A DNA stretch of 64,000 bases from Octopus sinensis (lineage: Eukaryota). Made by a program: the position numbers and the translations under genes. Below are positions 62,132-64,000 of this stretch, one piece after another (position 1 is the stretch's first letter; every line of letters starts with the position of its first letter). A model generated the notes under the pieces. That model was not told where the DNA came from and made no database searches. It worked only from the letters and a program-made list of their open reading frames with translations. Location of the stretch: positions 57,102,001 to 57,166,000 of the forward strand of contig NC_043013.1 of NCBI RefSeq assembly GCF_006345805.1. The letters run 5' to 3'.

Positions 62132-64000
62132 AAGGCAACGTTAATCGTATTGTGATTTGAACTCAGAATGCAGACATCCAGGACAAATAACAGAAAGAAT
62201 TCTACGTAACACGGTAGTAACTCAATTTATACATCGTCCTTCCCATCTCTGCCACAGAAAGCTCCCCCCGCTTTCTGTTTCCGGTAAGACACAGATTCTG
62301 ATTAGTAGTTGTTGAAGTAATGCGTTTGTGGATAGTTCATGGGTTGGATGCATGCTGACGAAAGAGCAATAACACCCGAAATATACACATACACATTTTT
62401 TCCTTTTTCGATCTTCGATCCCATTGTTTACGTAGACGTATTCACATCCGAAAGATCGCAACTTTCAGAGTTGTCTCTAATTTCTATACATAAAACTGTA
62501 CATATAAACTTAAAAAGTGATAGATTCTGAATATTGCAGATCTAAATATTGATAGTGAAATGGGTTTATAGTCGTGTGCAAATCAATTCATTACAGCCAA
62601 CTGTTTAATTGGGAAACGTTTAGTTAGAAATTGGACCTGTAGTCAGCCAGGTCAATTGAGGTTGTGTGCTTAACTCATACTAAACAACGGGGAAATATCT
62701 AAGTGGTTATTTAAACTGCTATAAGAGCAACAGAAGTTCACCCGCAAACTAATACATTAACCATGTAATAATATTAAATACAATTAAATGTTAATGTTGA
62801 TTTCTATGTTGTGGGTGGGCATCAGAGTGGGAGAAGAGCAACAACTGAGACACACTAAAGTATGGCACGGAATAACAGAACATACCTTTACACAACCATA
62901 AAATACAAACAACAACAGTAACAACATTTGCAACAATAACTTATAAACAACAAAAACAACAACAACAACAACAATAATAATAATAATGATAATAATAATA
63001 GTAATAATTCAAAGAAAAATATTAAATCTTTGAAGATAAGGGTGTAGTTGAAAGTATTGATTTACTGGGAGATGATTCATGTTTTTCGTATATTTTCCAT
63101 TTTCTAGAAGATTCCGGAATGTGATATATTTATTTATGTATTTGTTTATGTATTTATATACGATATCAAAAGACCTTATGTTTTATCGTATTTCTTTTTT
63201 TCTTATCTGTTGTTTATGGAACAGCAGGGGTGGGGGTGTGCCTTTATTGTTATTGTGTTATATTCTGCTGTTTTATGTTATATATTCTATTTCGTTTTTA
63301 TTTTATTTATTCTTTCACTTTAAATTTCAGTCAGCTTCAGATGTCTGAAATGATTGATAATAATCATCTCACTTTAACAAATATCAAAACTATACGACAA
63401 CAACCATAATAAACAACAATAATTTATATATTAGCCACAAGGACCCACATATAAGATACAAATAAAGCAATGAATAGGGGTTCACACAGTGTATAGGGAC
63501 GTAGATTTAGGTTATAAATGCGAGATGAGGCAAAAACATAAAAACAGTGTATATAATGTCAGCTTTAAATTTCGAAAGACAAATCAAATTTCAATAAATA
63601 CAATTAGGGTAACCCATCGAGGGTGGGGTGGGGGCGGGAAGAAGCTCTCAAACAATGGTTCAAAGAACTTCATAACCTTAAATATCGATCACTCACATCA
63701 CCTTCAAAACTGGGTTCTCCAAAGTTGCCCCCACTCAGCTTCTTCAACCTGAACTCTGAAGGGCCCAACATCGCAAAGATTATAAACCCACAGCTGTCGA
63801 AAGCTCTTTTGTGATCTTTTTTAGCCATGTATTATTTAGGAGCCTCTGCTACACATCCACTACATAGACTTTTCAAAAGTCAAGACAGCATTTGGTTCTG
63901 TTTTAAATCTAAGATTTCATTAAACTTTCATTTGTCTTTTGGATCACGGAAAATCCAAGAATTCCGTTGCCGTGGGCACTTCTTTGTAATCGTGTTCCAG

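Noticed and set aside
63623-63814. 63 aa protein-like ORF
   Set aside because: TTG/GTG-type start, no clear splice signals and no recognisable motif.

Overview
AT-rich, microsatellite-dense eukaryotic DNA. The repeat families suggest an octopus genome (inference from OR/OK-type tRNA-derived SINEs and co-occurring repeats). I found no confidently identifiable host gene, rRNA, true tRNA or CRISPR array. Most long ORFs in the track are translated microsatellites. The window is a transposon graveyard: R4/Dong, CR1-like and RTE LINE fragments, a full-length decayed mariner, other Tc1/mariner pieces, Penelope-like (PLE) fragments, Helitron-type non-autonomous elements, a TIR element with telomeric hexamers, and many SINEs. 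The main unexplained signal is a set of at least 7 minimal type-I hammerhead-ribozyme (HHR)-like motifs in about 5 short repeat families. Each has the order stem I / CUGANGA-like core / stem II / GAAA / palindromic stem III / NUH. Variants include G3-C8 and U3-A8 compensatory swaps. One motif lies in a tRNA-headed SINE, one in a putative intron of a pLTR-like promoter cassette, and one at the turn of a foldback. Several foldback/inverted-repeat structures and weak candidate exons are also reported. All alignments were done by eye, so boundaries are approximate unless stated.
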